Made by a program: the position numbers and the translations under genes | In this document: one piece after another, positions 19,546 through 29,644 of the stretch | Position numbering within the stretch: position 1 is the first letter of the stretch | Layout: every line of letters starts with the position of its first letter | NCBI GenBank assembly: GCA_903825245.1 | Contig: CAIJZX010000015.1 | Coordinates: 28,564 to 92,563, forward strand | Direction: 5' to 3' | From: Candidatus Kerfeldbacteria bacterium | GTDB taxonomy: Bacteria > Patescibacteriota > Patescibacteriia > SBBC01 > CAIJZX01 | DNA: 64,000 nt | Notes under the pieces: model-generated | Told to the model about the DNA's origin: nothing | The model's database searches: none | The model's input: only the letters and a program-made list of their open reading frames with translations

Positions 19546-20208
19546 ATGCTTCAGCTCAAGAACGTCCACAAAACATACGGAACGAAGGAAAACGCCTACG
19601 AAGCGTTGCGCGGTGTGTCTTTGGACATTCAAGACGGCGAAAGTGTGGCCATTATCGGTAAATCCGGTTCAGGAAAATCGACCTTGATGCATATCATGGC
19701 CGGTCTTGATACGCCGACAACCGGCACCGTGGAAATTGACGGTGTATCGCTTGGGAAAATGTCGGAGCAAGAACGGGCTATTGTTCGCAATGAAAAATTC
19801 GGTTTTGTCTTTCAGCAGTATTTCCTCCAGCCACGCTTAACGGTCATGGAGAATATTTTATTGCCGCTGACGATTCGAGGGACAAGCGCCGGGGAGCGGA
19901 AGAAACGAGCCGAGGAACTGCTGGCAGCAGTAGGCTTGACAGATAAAGCAAAGAACCGCGCCACCGATCTATCCGGTGGACAAAAACAGCGTGTGGCTAT
20001 CGCTCGCGCCTTAGCCAATAGTCCAAAAGTTATTTTTGCCGATGAACCGACCGGTAACCTCGATACAGAAATTGGTGAGAGTGTTATTACATTACTTTTT
20101 GATGTGCACAAGCAAAACAAGACGACATTGGTCGTCGTGACCCACGATGAAGATTTAGCGAAACGGTGTGATCGAATGCTGACAATTCAAGATGGAAAGA
20201 TCCTTTAA
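19546..20208 (+). CDS. ABC transporter ATP-binding protein (LolD/MacB type)
   Basis: GKSGSGKST, LSGGQKQR, FADEPTGNLD, VVTHD. Confidence 0.93.
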   Translation: MLQLKNVHKTYGTKENAYEALRGVSLDIQDGESVAIIGKSGSGKSTLMHIMAGLDTPTTGTVEIDGVSLGKMSEQERAIVRNEKFGFVFQQYFLQPRLTVMENILLPLTIRGTSAGERKKRAEELLAAVGLTDKAKNRATDLSGGQKQRVAIARALANSPKVIFADEPTGNLDTEIGESVITLLFDVHKQNKTTLVVVTHDEDLAKRCDRMLTIQDGKIL

Positions 20209-20209
20209 T

Positions 20210-21502
20210 ATGCGCCTTCCCGACTACATCAAGTTCGCTCAAACTAATCTGCTTCGCACGAAGTTGCGGACATTCTTGACGGTCTTGGCATTGTTTATTG
20301 GCACGTTTACGTTAGCGATGACGACCGCCCTTGGAACCGGAATCACGCGTTATACGACGACGCAAATCAACGCCTTTACGCAACCGGATACCATTATGGT
20401 TACGCCGCCGAGTCGTCGATCGACTTCGAGCACCGGTATCCCCGAGTACAATCCGAATAAATCAACAGTAACGAGTGGTGGTAACGCGCAATTGACGACG
20501 GCTGATGTTGATAAATTAAAGACTATTCCGAACGTGACCGGCGAGTACCCGAGTTATTCGGTTCAACCGGAGTACATTCAATACGGTACGGGCAAGAAAT
20601 ATGTGTTGGCGGTGACCGCACTCCGTCCACAGTCACAACTCACGCTGGTGGCCGGTTCATTACCAAGTTCGACTGACACCGCAGCGACTGTCATTCCGTA
20701 CCCGTACGTTGCGACGCTTGGTTTTGCTAATTCTGCGGCCGCGATTGGAAAAACGGTGACCATTCACTTCAATGGATTGCCGGTGACGAGCGGCACAAAA
20801 GCTAAGCCGATTACTACTGTACCGTCGAAAGATATTCAAGTCGTTATTCGCGGCGTTCTCGCCGATACGATTACATCGCAGCAAACCTATCTTGCACCGA
20901 GCGTGATGGAAGACTTGTCGAATTTTCAAAACGGTAGTACGGCGCAGTTTTACGAAATTGCTCTGACCGTCGCTCCGAAAAGTTCAACCGCCACCCTGAA
21001 TGCCGTCAAAGCCGCCGCCATTGCGAAAGGCTATCAAGCAGAAACCCCGGCTGACGTTCTCAAGCAGGTTCAACAGGGACTATCGGTGGTACAAACCGCA
21101 CTCGATGGCTTTGCCGGTATCGCTTTGTTGGCCGCTATGATCGGCATCGTTAATACCTTACTGATGGCAGTGCTGGAACGGACGCAAGAAATTGGTTTAC
21201 TCAAGGCGCTCGGTATGCGCCGTAATGGTATCTTTGGTTTGTTTGTCTATGAAGCAATCAGCATCGGCTTCTGGGGCGGATTACTTGGCGTCGGTCTCGG
21301 CATGGCCATTGGTCCGGTGATTAACAATATACTTTCACACACGTTGCTGAAAGGTGCAGTTGGTCTTAAGTTATTGGTGTTTCCTCTACCGTATATGGCG
21401 GCGATTGTCGGACTTGGTATGTTGATTGGCTTCATTGCCGGTGCACTACCAGCGGCACGCGCCTCGCGGTTGAATCCGATCGACGCCTTACGGAACGAGT
21501 AA
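20210..21502 (+). CDS. ABC permease (MacB/FtsX type)
   Basis: KLRTFLT, ERTQEIGLLKALG, PAARASRLNPIDALRNE. Confidence 0.92.
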   Translation: MRLPDYIKFAQTNLLRTKLRTFLTVLALFIGTFTLAMTTALGTGITRYTTTQINAFTQPDTIMVTPPSRRSTSSTGIPEYNPNKSTVTSGGNAQLTTADVDKLKTIPNVTGEYPSYSVQPEYIQYGTGKKYVLAVTALRPQSQLTLVAGSLPSSTDTAATVIPYPYVATLGFANSAAAIGKTVTIHFNGLPVTSGTKAKPITTVPSKDIQVVIRGVLADTITSQQTYLAPSVMEDLSNFQNGSTAQFYEIALTVAPKSSTATLNAVKAAAIAKGYQAETPADVLKQVQQGLSVVQTALDGFAGIALLAAMIGIVNTLLMAVLERTQEIGLLKALGMRRNGIFGLFVYEAISIGFWGGLLGVGLGMAIGPVINNILSHTLLKGAVGLKLLVFPLPYMAAIVGLGMLIGFIAGALPAARASRLNPIDALRNE

Positions 21503-21552
21503 TAAAAATATAACAAAACACCACTCATCTGAGCGGTGTCGTTGTGTAGTTG

Positions 21553-21702
21553 TTACTTCAAGGGATTTCTTCCCTGAATCACGCGAATCAGGAACATAAT
21601 AATCGCCAGAATTAACAGGATGTGGATGAAGTTTCCTAAGAAATGAAACGTAAATCCTAGTAACCAGAGAACAAGAAGGACGATGCCAATAATAAGAAAC
21701 AT
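21553..21702 (-). CDS. lmo0937-family (DUF5670) small membrane protein, 49 aa
   Basis: Hand-translated MFLIIGIVLLVLWLLGFTFHFLGNFIHILLILAIIMFLIRVIQGRNPLK. Confidence 0.85.
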   Translation of the reverse strand: MFLIIGIVLLVLWLLGFTFHFLGNFIHILLILAIIMFLIRVIQGRNPLK

Positions 21703-21705
21703 AGA

Positions 21706-21867
21706 TTAGAGGGTTTTATTCTTTAATGACTTTTTCTTTCTCGCCGCAGCAATTCTTTCGGCAGCATACACGACACTCGCGATAATAATTGTGCCGGCAA
21801 GCTTTCGTAGTGAATGGTGTTTACCCTTAGGTAAAGGCGACCGAGGGATTTCAGAAATGGTGGTCAT
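21706..21867 (-). CDS. Small hypothetical protein, 53 aa
   Basis: Hand-translated MTTISEIPRSPLPKGKHHSLRKLAGTIIIASVVYAAERIAAARKKKSLKNKTL; fits the minus-strand operon. Confidence 0.55.
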   Translation of the reverse strand: MTTISEIPRSPLPKGKHHSLRKLAGTIIIASVVYAAERIAAARKKKSLKNKTL

Positions 21868-21877
21868 GCCTATAGGA

Positions 21878-22429
21878 TTATTGACGATCTACTGCACTGA
21901 CGACATCTTCGGCAGTAGTGGGTTTACCGAGTTTGAAGATCTTGATAATACCCCAGGTTATAACAACGTAGACGATTGCTGCCGCCAGCGTCGACCACTC
22001 AAAGTATGAGGTCGTAACCGCCCCACGATTCGCGGATGCAGGGAACATGCTGAGGAATGGTCCGGCGAATGGCGAACTGATGGCGTAAACAAACTTGGTA
22101 AATCCGGCCTCTGGATTCGTGCCAAGTAATTTAAGGACGAAACGGAAAGCCAGTACAATTTCAATAAAACCGAAAATATACCAAATTATTTGGTAGGCAT
22201 GAAATAATGTTTTCTTCTGACCATACTCCCGCGAGGCAGTTGGGGAGGCGTCGACGCTGCGCTGAGTCTTGGTTGATTGGCTGGTGGGTGTCGAGGTAGT
22301 TGTCGAAACAGTTTCGGCAACTTGTGACGGGTTGCTCGCCGTGTTTCTGCGGATCGATTGTTCCGAGTTGGCATCGGATACTTTCGTAATTTCTTCCTCG
22401 TTTCGCGAGGATGTATTGTTCGGGCTCAT
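21878..22429 (-). CDS. YggT-like membrane protein
   Basis: YQIIWYIFGFIEIVLAFRFVLKLLG...FVYAISSPFAGPF. Confidence 0.75.
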   Translation of the reverse strand: MSPNNTSSRNEEEITKVSDANSEQSIRRNTASNPSQVAETVSTTTSTPTSQSTKTQRSVDASPTASREYGQKKTLFHAYQIIWYIFGFIEIVLAFRFVLKLLGTNPEAGFTKFVYAISSPFAGPFLSMFPASANRGAVTTSYFEWSTLAAAIVYVVITWGIIKIFKLGKPTTAEDVVSAVDRQ

Positions 22430-22475
22430 GTGATAAATGGTTAATAAATGAAACCGAGAAAAGGGCAATTTAGAA

Positions 22476-23022
22476 TCATTTTGGCCCTCCTTCTGTTTTC
22501 TTTATGAGAGGAGGATAGAGGATTTTCATTTTTACCAGTCCGCGATGAACTTGAACGGCAACAGTGTTTTTTGATTGGCCGGTGATGAGGGACATTTCTT
22601 TCAGTGATAAATCCTGAATGTACCGCATGCGCATAATTTTTTGATACTTTTCTGGTAAACGATTCATGAGAAGTTGTGCCTGGCGGCCATCAATGATATT
22701 AAATAGGCGACTAGTCGGATCAACGCTCGGTTCAAAGCCCTGTTCTGTTAAGATGTCGAGTGACACCGTTTTTTGTTTACGATACTCGTCAACAATGAGA
22801 TGATTGAGCACATGGAAGAGAAAAGCGCGCATCACATCAATCTTGCCACCGCGCAGTTAGGTAGCGCCAGGTTTTCATGAAGGTGTCCTGGACAAGGTCG
22901 TTACTGAGTGTTTGATCGGGTAATTTAAACGAGGCGTGGGTGTTCAACGCTTTGGCGAAGTCATGGTGGGCTGCGCTTAAAACGCCTTTGAGGCGTATTT
23001 CCTGTTTTGAGTTCATAATCAC
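22476..23022 (-). pseudogene. ECF sigma factor, interrupted by a single extra base
   Basis: DLVQDTFMKTWRYL and LRGGKIDVMRAFLFH..LIVDEYRK, LSLKEMS..TVAVQVHRG join if one T at 22857/22858 is removed. Confidence 0.8.
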
Positions 23023-23257
23023 GTATGATTATAGCCGTTCCAACCTTGTTTCTATGACAAGTCGATGACGGTAATTTTGAACCTGCCCAGTTTGATCAAT
23101 AGATTGTGGCTATTGAGCACCAGGGCAGCCAGATTGCTATGACAAAACTATTACAACATAATGGCAGAAACGTGCCTCAATGGGGCAATTGAGGTGTATC
23201 ACGGACGTGGTGATAACGCAAGTGAAATATATTGCATTCTGGTTCGGCATACAAGAC

Positions 23258-23854
23258 ATGGAAACACCTACAACGCTCACCAACGGACAAGCGGAAACGC
23301 ATCTTGGTACCCAATTTTTTCAGCGATTACGAGAACAGGGTTGGACATATATCAAAACGGTCGTCGACGTTATTCGTGAGCCGGTCCTTATTCTTGATAA
23401 AGACCTCCGCGTTATGGCGGCGAACGAATCGTTCTACCAATCGTTTCGTGTCGAAGCGAAAGAAACGGAGGGGCAGGTTGTCTATAAGCTCGGTAATGGT
23501 CAATGGGATATTCCCGCCCTGCGACGATTACTTGAAGATATTTTGCCGAAGAATACCTTTTTCAAAGGTTTTGAAGTGAGTCACGAATTCCCGTTCATCG
23601 GACGTAAGGTAATGATCCTCAATGCCCGACAGATTCATTTTCAAGACGATCCGGCATCGCAGCTCTTGCCGCCGATCATTATGCTGGCAATTGAAGATGT
23701 GACCGAAATGATGATGGTTGCTGAAACGCTGGCGAGCCATACGCACCAACTTGAAACCCAGATTACCGAACGAACGCAAAAGTTGGAGATCCAGATAGAA
23801 AAGCTAGAAAAGGAAATTCATGGGTTGAAGAAGAGTCGCGGATCTCAACAGTAA
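23258..23854 (+). CDS. Stand-alone PAS domain protein with C-terminal coiled coil
   Basis: REPVLILDKDLRVMAANESFY..LGNGQWDIPALR..LLAIED-like PAS as in CheR/kinase fusions. Confidence 0.82.
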   Translation: METPTTLTNGQAETHLGTQFFQRLREQGWTYIKTVVDVIREPVLILDKDLRVMAANESFYQSFRVEAKETEGQVVYKLGNGQWDIPALRRLLEDILPKNTFFKGFEVSHEFPFIGRKVMILNARQIHFQDDPASQLLPPIIMLAIEDVTEMMMVAETLASHTHQLETQITERTQKLEIQIEKLEKEIHGLKKSRGSQQ

Positions 23855-23873
23855 GAGTACGAGGGATTTACGA

Positions 23874-24125
23874 ATGAATAAGGATCAGAAATTTTTAGCA
23901 CTGATGACGGCGTTCTTGATGATTGTGTTTTGTGCCGGAGCGCTCGCAGCATTTATCGTGGCGTTATGGAAATTTCCATCGTCGCTACTAACGATTGCGT
24001 ATCATCAACAACCGTTCTTGTTTTGGTCGATGATTGCGATCACGTTCAGTAGCGTGGGCGTTATGGTTGTCATCAATAAGCAAAAAGTTTTCCCCATAGT
24101 TAACAGCAACACCACGAGTTTTTAA
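23874..24125 (+). CDS. Small membrane protein (2 TM)
   Basis: 83-aa hydrophobic ORF. Confidence 0.55.
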   Translation: MNKDQKFLALMTAFLMIVFCAGALAAFIVALWKFPSSLLTIAYHQQPFLFWSMIAITFSSVGVMVVINKQKVFPIVNSNTTSF

Positions 24126-24146
24126 GCTCTCTCGGAATGTGTATTG

Positions 24147-24600
24147 CTAACGTGGTCGCACCTTTCGTTCGTCCAGGCAAGGTGCTTTTCCTTGCTCCGG
24201 AACGATGACAGCCAAGTTGGGCCGGGCAAATAATTGCGCGGCTCTTCTGGTACAGATACACAGAAAGCGGTGTGCGCTACGGTCGCTTGAAATTGAGACG
24301 CGGTTGGGGGGTGAAGGTGCTAATGCAATCCCGGATTTGAAATCACTGAGCTGCGGATAGTAACTCACCTGTAGTCCCGGCCATGAACGTTCGCGAATAA
24401 TACTGCTCCATCCTTGTCCGCCATAGACGAGCTGAACGTGATGTTTTTTACAGTATTGTGCAATCATGTTGAGATAGTTGAGCGATCCGCCGTGACGGTA
24501 GATTTTTGTTAACGAAATAAGTTTCGGGTGGAGCTGTTTAGCCGCATCGTCTATAGTCTGGTCGGTGTGTCGGCGATCTACACAATCGTTGCTCTGCCGA
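24147..24600 (-). pseudogene. Decayed B12-binding (Rossmann) domain remnant
   Basis: TIV*IADTP in one frame joins TIDDAAKQLHPKLISLT...VYGGQG in another. Confidence 0.45.
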
Positions 24601-24629
24601 TGAAGGGTGGAAAATCGATGTAAAGTTGT

Positions 24630-24660
24630 CCTCCGAGCAAGCGCTACGCTTGCTCGGAGG
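24630..24660. repeat. Perfect 14-bp inverted repeat
   Basis: CCTCCGAGCAAGCG-CTA-CGCTTGCTCGGAGG just upstream of a TATACT box. Confidence 0.8.
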
Positions 24661-24685
24661 AATCTGGTATACTCCAAGTGTTCTT

Positions 24686-25672
24686 ATGACCAACATTGAC
24701 CGCAGTATCACTGTCACAAAAATCACCCGAACGTTTGGCGATTATACGGCGCTCAACGGTGTTTCGTTACGCGTAGAATCTGGATCTATTTTCGGTTTTT
24801 TGGGTCCGAACGGCGCCGGTAAATCGACGCTGATAAAAATTTTGGCCACTATTCTCGCTTCGACCGGTGGCTCAGCGACGGTCGGTGGTTTAGACGTCGC
24901 CACTAAGTCGACGGAGGTTCGTCAACGCATCGGTGTGGCATTGCAAGATGTCGGCCTTGATCCGGTCATGCGCGCTCGGGAATTGTTGGTACTGCAAGGA
25001 CGTCTCTATCGCCTATCTACCAAGGAAGCGAAACTTCGCAGTGAAGAATTATTGAAAACCGTTGGATTAGCCGACGTCGATGCTAAGCGCAAAGTCGGGG
25101 ATTTCTCCGGCGGCATGAAACGCCGCTTGGATTTAGCGTTGGCCTTAGTGCATAAACCGGACATTCTCTTCCTCGATGAACCGACGACCGGACTTGATCC
25201 GGTCAGTCGCGTCCAAATTTGGGAAGAAGTGCGCCGCTTAAATCGCGAACTGGGCATGACGATTTTTCTCACGACGCAGTATCTGGAGGAAGCTGACCGA
25301 TTAGCTGATCATGTCGCCATTATTAATGATGGAATGATTGTCGCCGAGGGCACGCCGACGGAATTGAAAGCTAGTATCGGACAAGAAGTAGTGACCTTTG
25401 CTTTTTCTACGCCGGACATGGCGGCTAAAGCGCTCGTACTGTTACAGCCGTTGGTGACGAAGGTGAAAACCTCTGGGCATGAAGTACTCTGCTATCTGAA
25501 CCAGGCGGCGCAGAATTTGCCGCAACTCCTACGTGTTCTTGATGCGGCAAAACTAACAATTACGAATGTTACGATTGCCCAACCAACCTTGGACGATGTT
25601 TTTCTGCAAGCCACCGGCGCACGTTTGAATATTGATCCCACTAAGGAAGCACGATCAACAAAAAAGTCATGA
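24686..25672 (+). CDS. ABC-2 transporter ATP-binding protein (DrrA-like)
   Basis: GPNGAGKST, FSGGMKRRL, LDEPTTGLDP, LTTQYLEEAD. Confidence 0.92.
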   Translation: MTNIDRSITVTKITRTFGDYTALNGVSLRVESGSIFGFLGPNGAGKSTLIKILATILASTGGSATVGGLDVATKSTEVRQRIGVALQDVGLDPVMRARELLVLQGRLYRLSTKEAKLRSEELLKTVGLADVDAKRKVGDFSGGMKRRLDLALALVHKPDILFLDEPTTGLDPVSRVQIWEEVRRLNRELGMTIFLTTQYLEEADRLADHVAIINDGMIVAEGTPTELKASIGQEVVTFAFSTPDMAAKALVLLQPLVTKVKTSGHEVLCYLNQAAQNLPQLLRVLDAAKLTITNVTIAQPTLDDVFLQATGARLNIDPTKEARSTKKS

Positions 25673-26430
25673 CGGACATCATTCTCTTAACTGTTCGAAC
25701 GCTCAAATACTACCTGCGCAATCCGGCGGAAACGATTCCCGGCATCGCCATTAGCGTCTTTTTCTTGCTGGTGTACAATGCTGGATTGTCCGGTGTGTCG
25801 AATTTGCCGGGGTTTCATGGTAGCTACCTCGCCTTTATTTTACCGGTGGCAATTATCTCGGCGGCAATTAACGGCGCTGGATTAGCCGGGCAGTCATTAG
25901 TTCGTGATATCCAAACCGGGTATTACACGAAACTGCTGTTATCGCCGGCGCGGCGGTTAGCCATTATTTGGGGAGCGATGATTGCCGGGGCGACGGTGTT
26001 GCTGGTGGAAGTATTTTTAATTCTTGGATTAGCCCTCCTGATGGGCCTGAAATCGCAGACCGGTCTTGCTGGCTACGGCATGATTATTCTTCTAACGTTT
26101 ATTTGGGGCATGGCTTTCTCGGGATTCTCGGTGTTTGTGGCTTTAAAAACCAAAAGCGCGAACACCACCCAAGCCTCAACGTTTGTTTTCTTCCCGCTCA
26201 TCTTCTTGTCGTCGACGTTCGTCCCGAAAGAATATATTACCTCGCACTGGCTAAAAATTGCGGCCACGTATAATCCGACGACGTACGCTTTTGATGCCAT
26301 GCGTTCGTTGTTGATTGATGGTTGGCAGGCGAAACCATTAGTACTCGGCTTCGGTATTCTCTTAGCCTTTGCTACAGTCACCGGCGTCTTGTCACTCATA
26401 CAAGCACAGCGATCAACGCGGTTAGGCTAG
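25669..26430 (+). CDS. ABC-2 transporter permease (DrrB-like)
   Basis: Six TM helices, FLSSTFVP, NPTTYAFDAMR. Confidence 0.9.
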   Translation: MTDIILLTVRTLKYYLRNPAETIPGIAISVFFLLVYNAGLSGVSNLPGFHGSYLAFILPVAIISAAINGAGLAGQSLVRDIQTGYYTKLLLSPARRLAIIWGAMIAGATVLLVEVFLILGLALLMGLKSQTGLAGYGMIILLTFIWGMAFSGFSVFVALKTKSANTTQASTFVFFPLIFLSSTFVPKEYITSHWLKIAATYNPTTYAFDAMRSLLIDGWQAKPLVLGFGILLAFATVTGVLSLIQAQRSTRLG

Positions 26431-26624
26431 TTGAGAAATGAAGAAGCGGTCGTTCAAAATCGAAGACGTTATCGTCCAGTGCCGCTTCGTGAGAGTTGAT
26501 GGACGATATCGTGTCTAAGTTTTCTGTTTATTAGTGTTTTCGGACGTCGGTGTTTGAATTGGCGATATTCGGAATGAACCGAAAAATTGCCATTTATCTT
26601 GAATATAACCACCATCATTACCCC

Positions 26625-26653
26625 TTGCAATGGGGATAAAAATGTGGTATCCT
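26625..26653 (+). promoter_or_regulatory. Sigma70 promoter of tRNA-Val/lepB/hisS
   Basis: TTGCAA-17-TATCCT with extended TG. Confidence 0.6.
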
Positions 26654-26695
26654 GTGCCTGTTCTGTGGGCGAACATCTGCCCGCCGCGCTCTCGC

Positions 26696-26772
26696 GGCCA
26701 CTTAGCTCAGTTGGTTAGAGCGCACCGTTCACATCGGTGAGGTCGCTGGTCCGAATCCAGCAGTGGCCACCA
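26696..26772 (+). tRNA. tRNA-Val(CAC)
   Basis: GGCCACT/AGTGGCC acceptor with ACCA; anticodon loop TTCACAT; T-loop TCCGAAT. Confidence 0.93.
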
Positions 26773-26792
26773 TCGTTGTTACTCATAACCTC

Positions 26793-27479
26793 ATGCCTAC
26801 GAAAACCCCACCACCAAATAATCCACTCGGCGACCCTCGAGCATTTCAAGGGATGTCAACAGATTTTCGCAAGTCCACTCAAGCGGAGAAGAAATCCGAT
26901 TTTTTACCATCGTTCAATAATTCGTTTGGCGGATTTGCCGTCGAGTTGGTGAAGATCGTGCTGATTGCGTTAGCGATCATTATTCCCATTCGAACCTTCA
27001 TCTTGCAACCGTTCTATGTGAAAGGCGCATCAATGGAGCCGACGTTCCATGATAACGAATACCTCATTATCGATGAACTATCCTACCGCCTCCATCAACC
27101 ACAACGCGGTGACATTATCGTCCTCCGGAGTCCTGCGCTCGGTGAATTCCTGATTAAACGGGTTATTGGTTTGCCTGGCGAACGCTTAGTGGTGAATGAC
27201 GGAAAAATTACTATTTTCAATGCCACCGATCCGAACGGGGCTGAGTTGGATGAAAGTGCATACCTGGCATCGACGGTCTTGACCTTTGGGAATATCGACG
27301 TCACGTTGGGTGCGAATCAATACTATGTGATGGGTGATAATCGACCAGCCAGCCTGGACTCTCGTAGTTTTGGCCCAATTGTCCGTAAGGATATCGTTGG
27401 ACGGACAGCGCTTCGTGCCTGGCCCGTGACCAAGATGACCACATTTTCAACCCCGGTTATCAAGATGACCGTAATATAA
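26793..27479 (+). CDS. lepB: Signal peptidase I
   Basis: GASMEPT, IKRVIGLPG, GDNRPASLDSR. Confidence 0.95.
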   Translation: MPTKTPPPNNPLGDPRAFQGMSTDFRKSTQAEKKSDFLPSFNNSFGGFAVELVKIVLIALAIIIPIRTFILQPFYVKGASMEPTFHDNEYLIIDELSYRLHQPQRGDIIVLRSPALGEFLIKRVIGLPGERLVVNDGKITIFNATDPNGAELDESAYLASTVLTFGNIDVTLGANQYYVMGDNRPASLDSRSFGPIVRKDIVGRTALRAWPVTKMTTFSTPVIKMTVI

Positions 27480-27488
27480 TTTCTGTCT

Positions 27489-28895
27489 ATGGCACGCGAA
27501 CTTCAGCCCCCGCAGCTTCTCCGCGGCATGAAAGACATACTTCCGTCTGACCAACCGTATTGGTGGTGGATTTTTGATACGGCGAGGAATTTAGCTGAGT
27601 GCTATGGCTTTGATCGCATCGAGACGCCGATTCTCGAAGCGGCCAGTCTTTTCACACGCTCGGTCGGCGATGCGACCGATATTGTCAGTAAAGAAATGTA
27701 CACCTTCACCGATAAGAGTGGGGACAACGTTTCGCTTCGGCCAGAAGGCACGGCCGGCGTCACTCGGGCGTACATTGAACACGGAATGCTTAACCTGCCA
27801 CAACCGGTGAAGTTGTGGTACTTTAGTCCGTTTTTCCGCCATGATCGTCCGCAAGCTGGACGATATCGACAGTTCTGGCAGTTTGGATTTGAGGTGTTCG
27901 GCGGCCAGCAGGCGATTCTTGAGGCGCAACTTATCCTGATGGCGCGGGCGTTGTATACGTCGGTCGGTATCGAAACCACCTTGCAAATCAACAGTATTGG
28001 CGATAAAACAACCCGCCTGCAGTACGCTAAGGCGTTACAGGCATTTCTTAAATCCAAGAAGTCAGAACTGACAGACGAACAGAAAATCACGCTGCAAAAA
28101 AATCCGCTGCGGCTCCTCGACAGTAAAGATCCGAAAATCCAGGAATTACTGGTTGACGCCCCACAAATCATCGATTCACTTGATGAGGTTTCACAAAAAC
28201 ACTTCCAAGAAGTGCTTGGCTATCTTGATGAGCTTGATGTGCCGTTCGTCCTGAACCCGAAACTTGTTCGCGGTCTTGATTACTACAACCGCACGGTGTT
28301 TGAATTTTGGGCCGCAGACGATGAAGGTGGTCAAATTAGTCTCGGCGGCGGCGGACGCTATGATACATTGGTGGAGTCACTAAGTGGCCGCCCAACACCA
28401 GCACTCGGTTTTGCCGGCGGCGTTGAGCGCATTATTTTGAAACTGAAAGAGAAACAAATTCCACCGCGACCAATTGCGGCGCCGGAAGTATTCTTGGCAC
28501 AACTTGGTGATCCGGCGCGAAGGAAAATGTTGAAGCTCTTCGAGCAACTCCGATCCCAAGGCGTCCGTGTGGCTGAGGCCATGACCAAGGATGGTATCAA
28601 ACAACAACTTGAAGTTGCTAATAAGCTCGGTGCACACTATACACTTATTGTTGGTCAGAAGGAAATGATGGATGACACGGTACTGATTCGAGACATGGAA
28701 AACGGCATTCAAGAAGAAGTGCCATTTAATAAAGTCGAATCGGAATTGAAGAAACGATTGGAAAAAAATCGCGCTAACGGCGTGACGCCGGTGACGGGTC
28801 AAGTGACATTGGAACGGCTGGATAAGTACAAAGATGACGTACCGGCCGAGGAAGAAGTTCCGGTACCGCACGATATCGACCTTGATGTTGAGTAG
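27489..28895 (+). CDS. hisS: Histidine--tRNA ligase
   Basis: RGMKD, LRPEGTA, RHDRPQAGRYRQF, LVRGLDYY, GGGRYD. Confidence 0.97.
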   Translation: MARELQPPQLLRGMKDILPSDQPYWWWIFDTARNLAECYGFDRIETPILEAASLFTRSVGDATDIVSKEMYTFTDKSGDNVSLRPEGTAGVTRAYIEHGMLNLPQPVKLWYFSPFFRHDRPQAGRYRQFWQFGFEVFGGQQAILEAQLILMARALYTSVGIETTLQINSIGDKTTRLQYAKALQAFLKSKKSELTDEQKITLQKNPLRLLDSKDPKIQELLVDAPQIIDSLDEVSQKHFQEVLGYLDELDVPFVLNPKLVRGLDYYNRTVFEFWAADDEGGQISLGGGGRYDTLVESLSGRPTPALGFAGGVERIILKLKEKQIPPRPIAAPEVFLAQLGDPARRKMLKLFEQLRSQGVRVAEAMTKDGIKQQLEVANKLGAHYTLIVGQKEMMDDTVLIRDMENGIQEEVPFNKVESELKKRLEKNRANGVTPVTGQVTLERLDKYKDDVPAEEEVPVPHDIDLDVE

Positions 28896-29262
28896 AAATC
28901 TGGTCTAACCATAGTATGATGATCACGGCGATGGGAAATCCCCAGCGCCGCGATTTTTAAGTTGGTGAATAGTTTGTTTTTCTTGCTATTCATCAGAAAA
29001 CATCGATTTATGTAGTGATTTTTACAATAAAAAAGCATATATTGCATTCAATGGCGAAATGACTGAGAAAATTGTAGTCCGACCAGTCGGATGGTGTTTC
29101 GGGTATAATTACTGGCCGAAGCGCAGGGGATTGCCCTTGAAAGTTGTCGCCTCCGTGTTGCCACGCTAGTGCCCCCATTTACTTGAAATAAGTGACTAAA
29201 ACCCGTAGCGTCAAGCGTGAGCAGTAGTTGCGGACGATCGAAGAAGTGGAAAACTTTACTAT

Positions 29263-29291
29263 TTGACATACCCTATCGAACATGGTACAGT
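29263..29291 (+). promoter_or_regulatory. Sigma70 promoter of rpsU operon
   Basis: TTGACA-17-TACAGT. Confidence 0.65.
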
Positions 29292-29357
29292 CGGTGGGCT
29301 TATGAATGTCATCTTGTCACGTGGTACTACGGACACTCCGAAAGGAGGTGCGACGCC

Positions 29358-29636
29358 ATGGTTGAAGTAAAGAAACGAGAAAACGAATCTTCGGAAAGCC
29401 TGGTTCGGCGATTTACGAAGCGCGTCCAGCAGAGCGGCGTCCTTATCCGTGCGAAAAAACGGCGTTTTTACGAAACCCCGAAGAATAAACGTGCTGTTCG
29501 AGAAGGCGCCCTGCGTCGCGTTATTATTCAAGATCAACGCGAACTGCTCCGACGTCAAGGAAAACTTGAAGAATTTGATTTGAAAAAACGCGGACCGCGA
29601 CGAAAGCCGCTCCCACGTATTCCCTCAACATTCTAA
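29358..29636 (+). CDS. rpsU: 30S ribosomal protein S21
   Basis: MVEVKKRENESSESLVRRFTK..; SD AAGGAGGTG; upstream of yqeY. Confidence 0.85.
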   Translation: MVEVKKRENESSESLVRRFTKRVQQSGVLIRAKKRRFYETPKNKRAVREGALRRVIIQDQRELLRRQGKLEEFDLKKRGPRRKPLPRIPSTF

Positions 29637-29644
29637 ATCATTTC

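Noticed and set aside
15865-26695. tRNA-anchored genomic island between tRNA-Pro and tRNA-Val
   Set aside because: The block lies 5' of both tRNAs, and no integrase or duplicated tRNA 3' end was seen.
28896-29260. Long intergenic region before rpsU as an ncRNA or gene
   Set aside because: No convincing structure or recognisable protein was found by eye.
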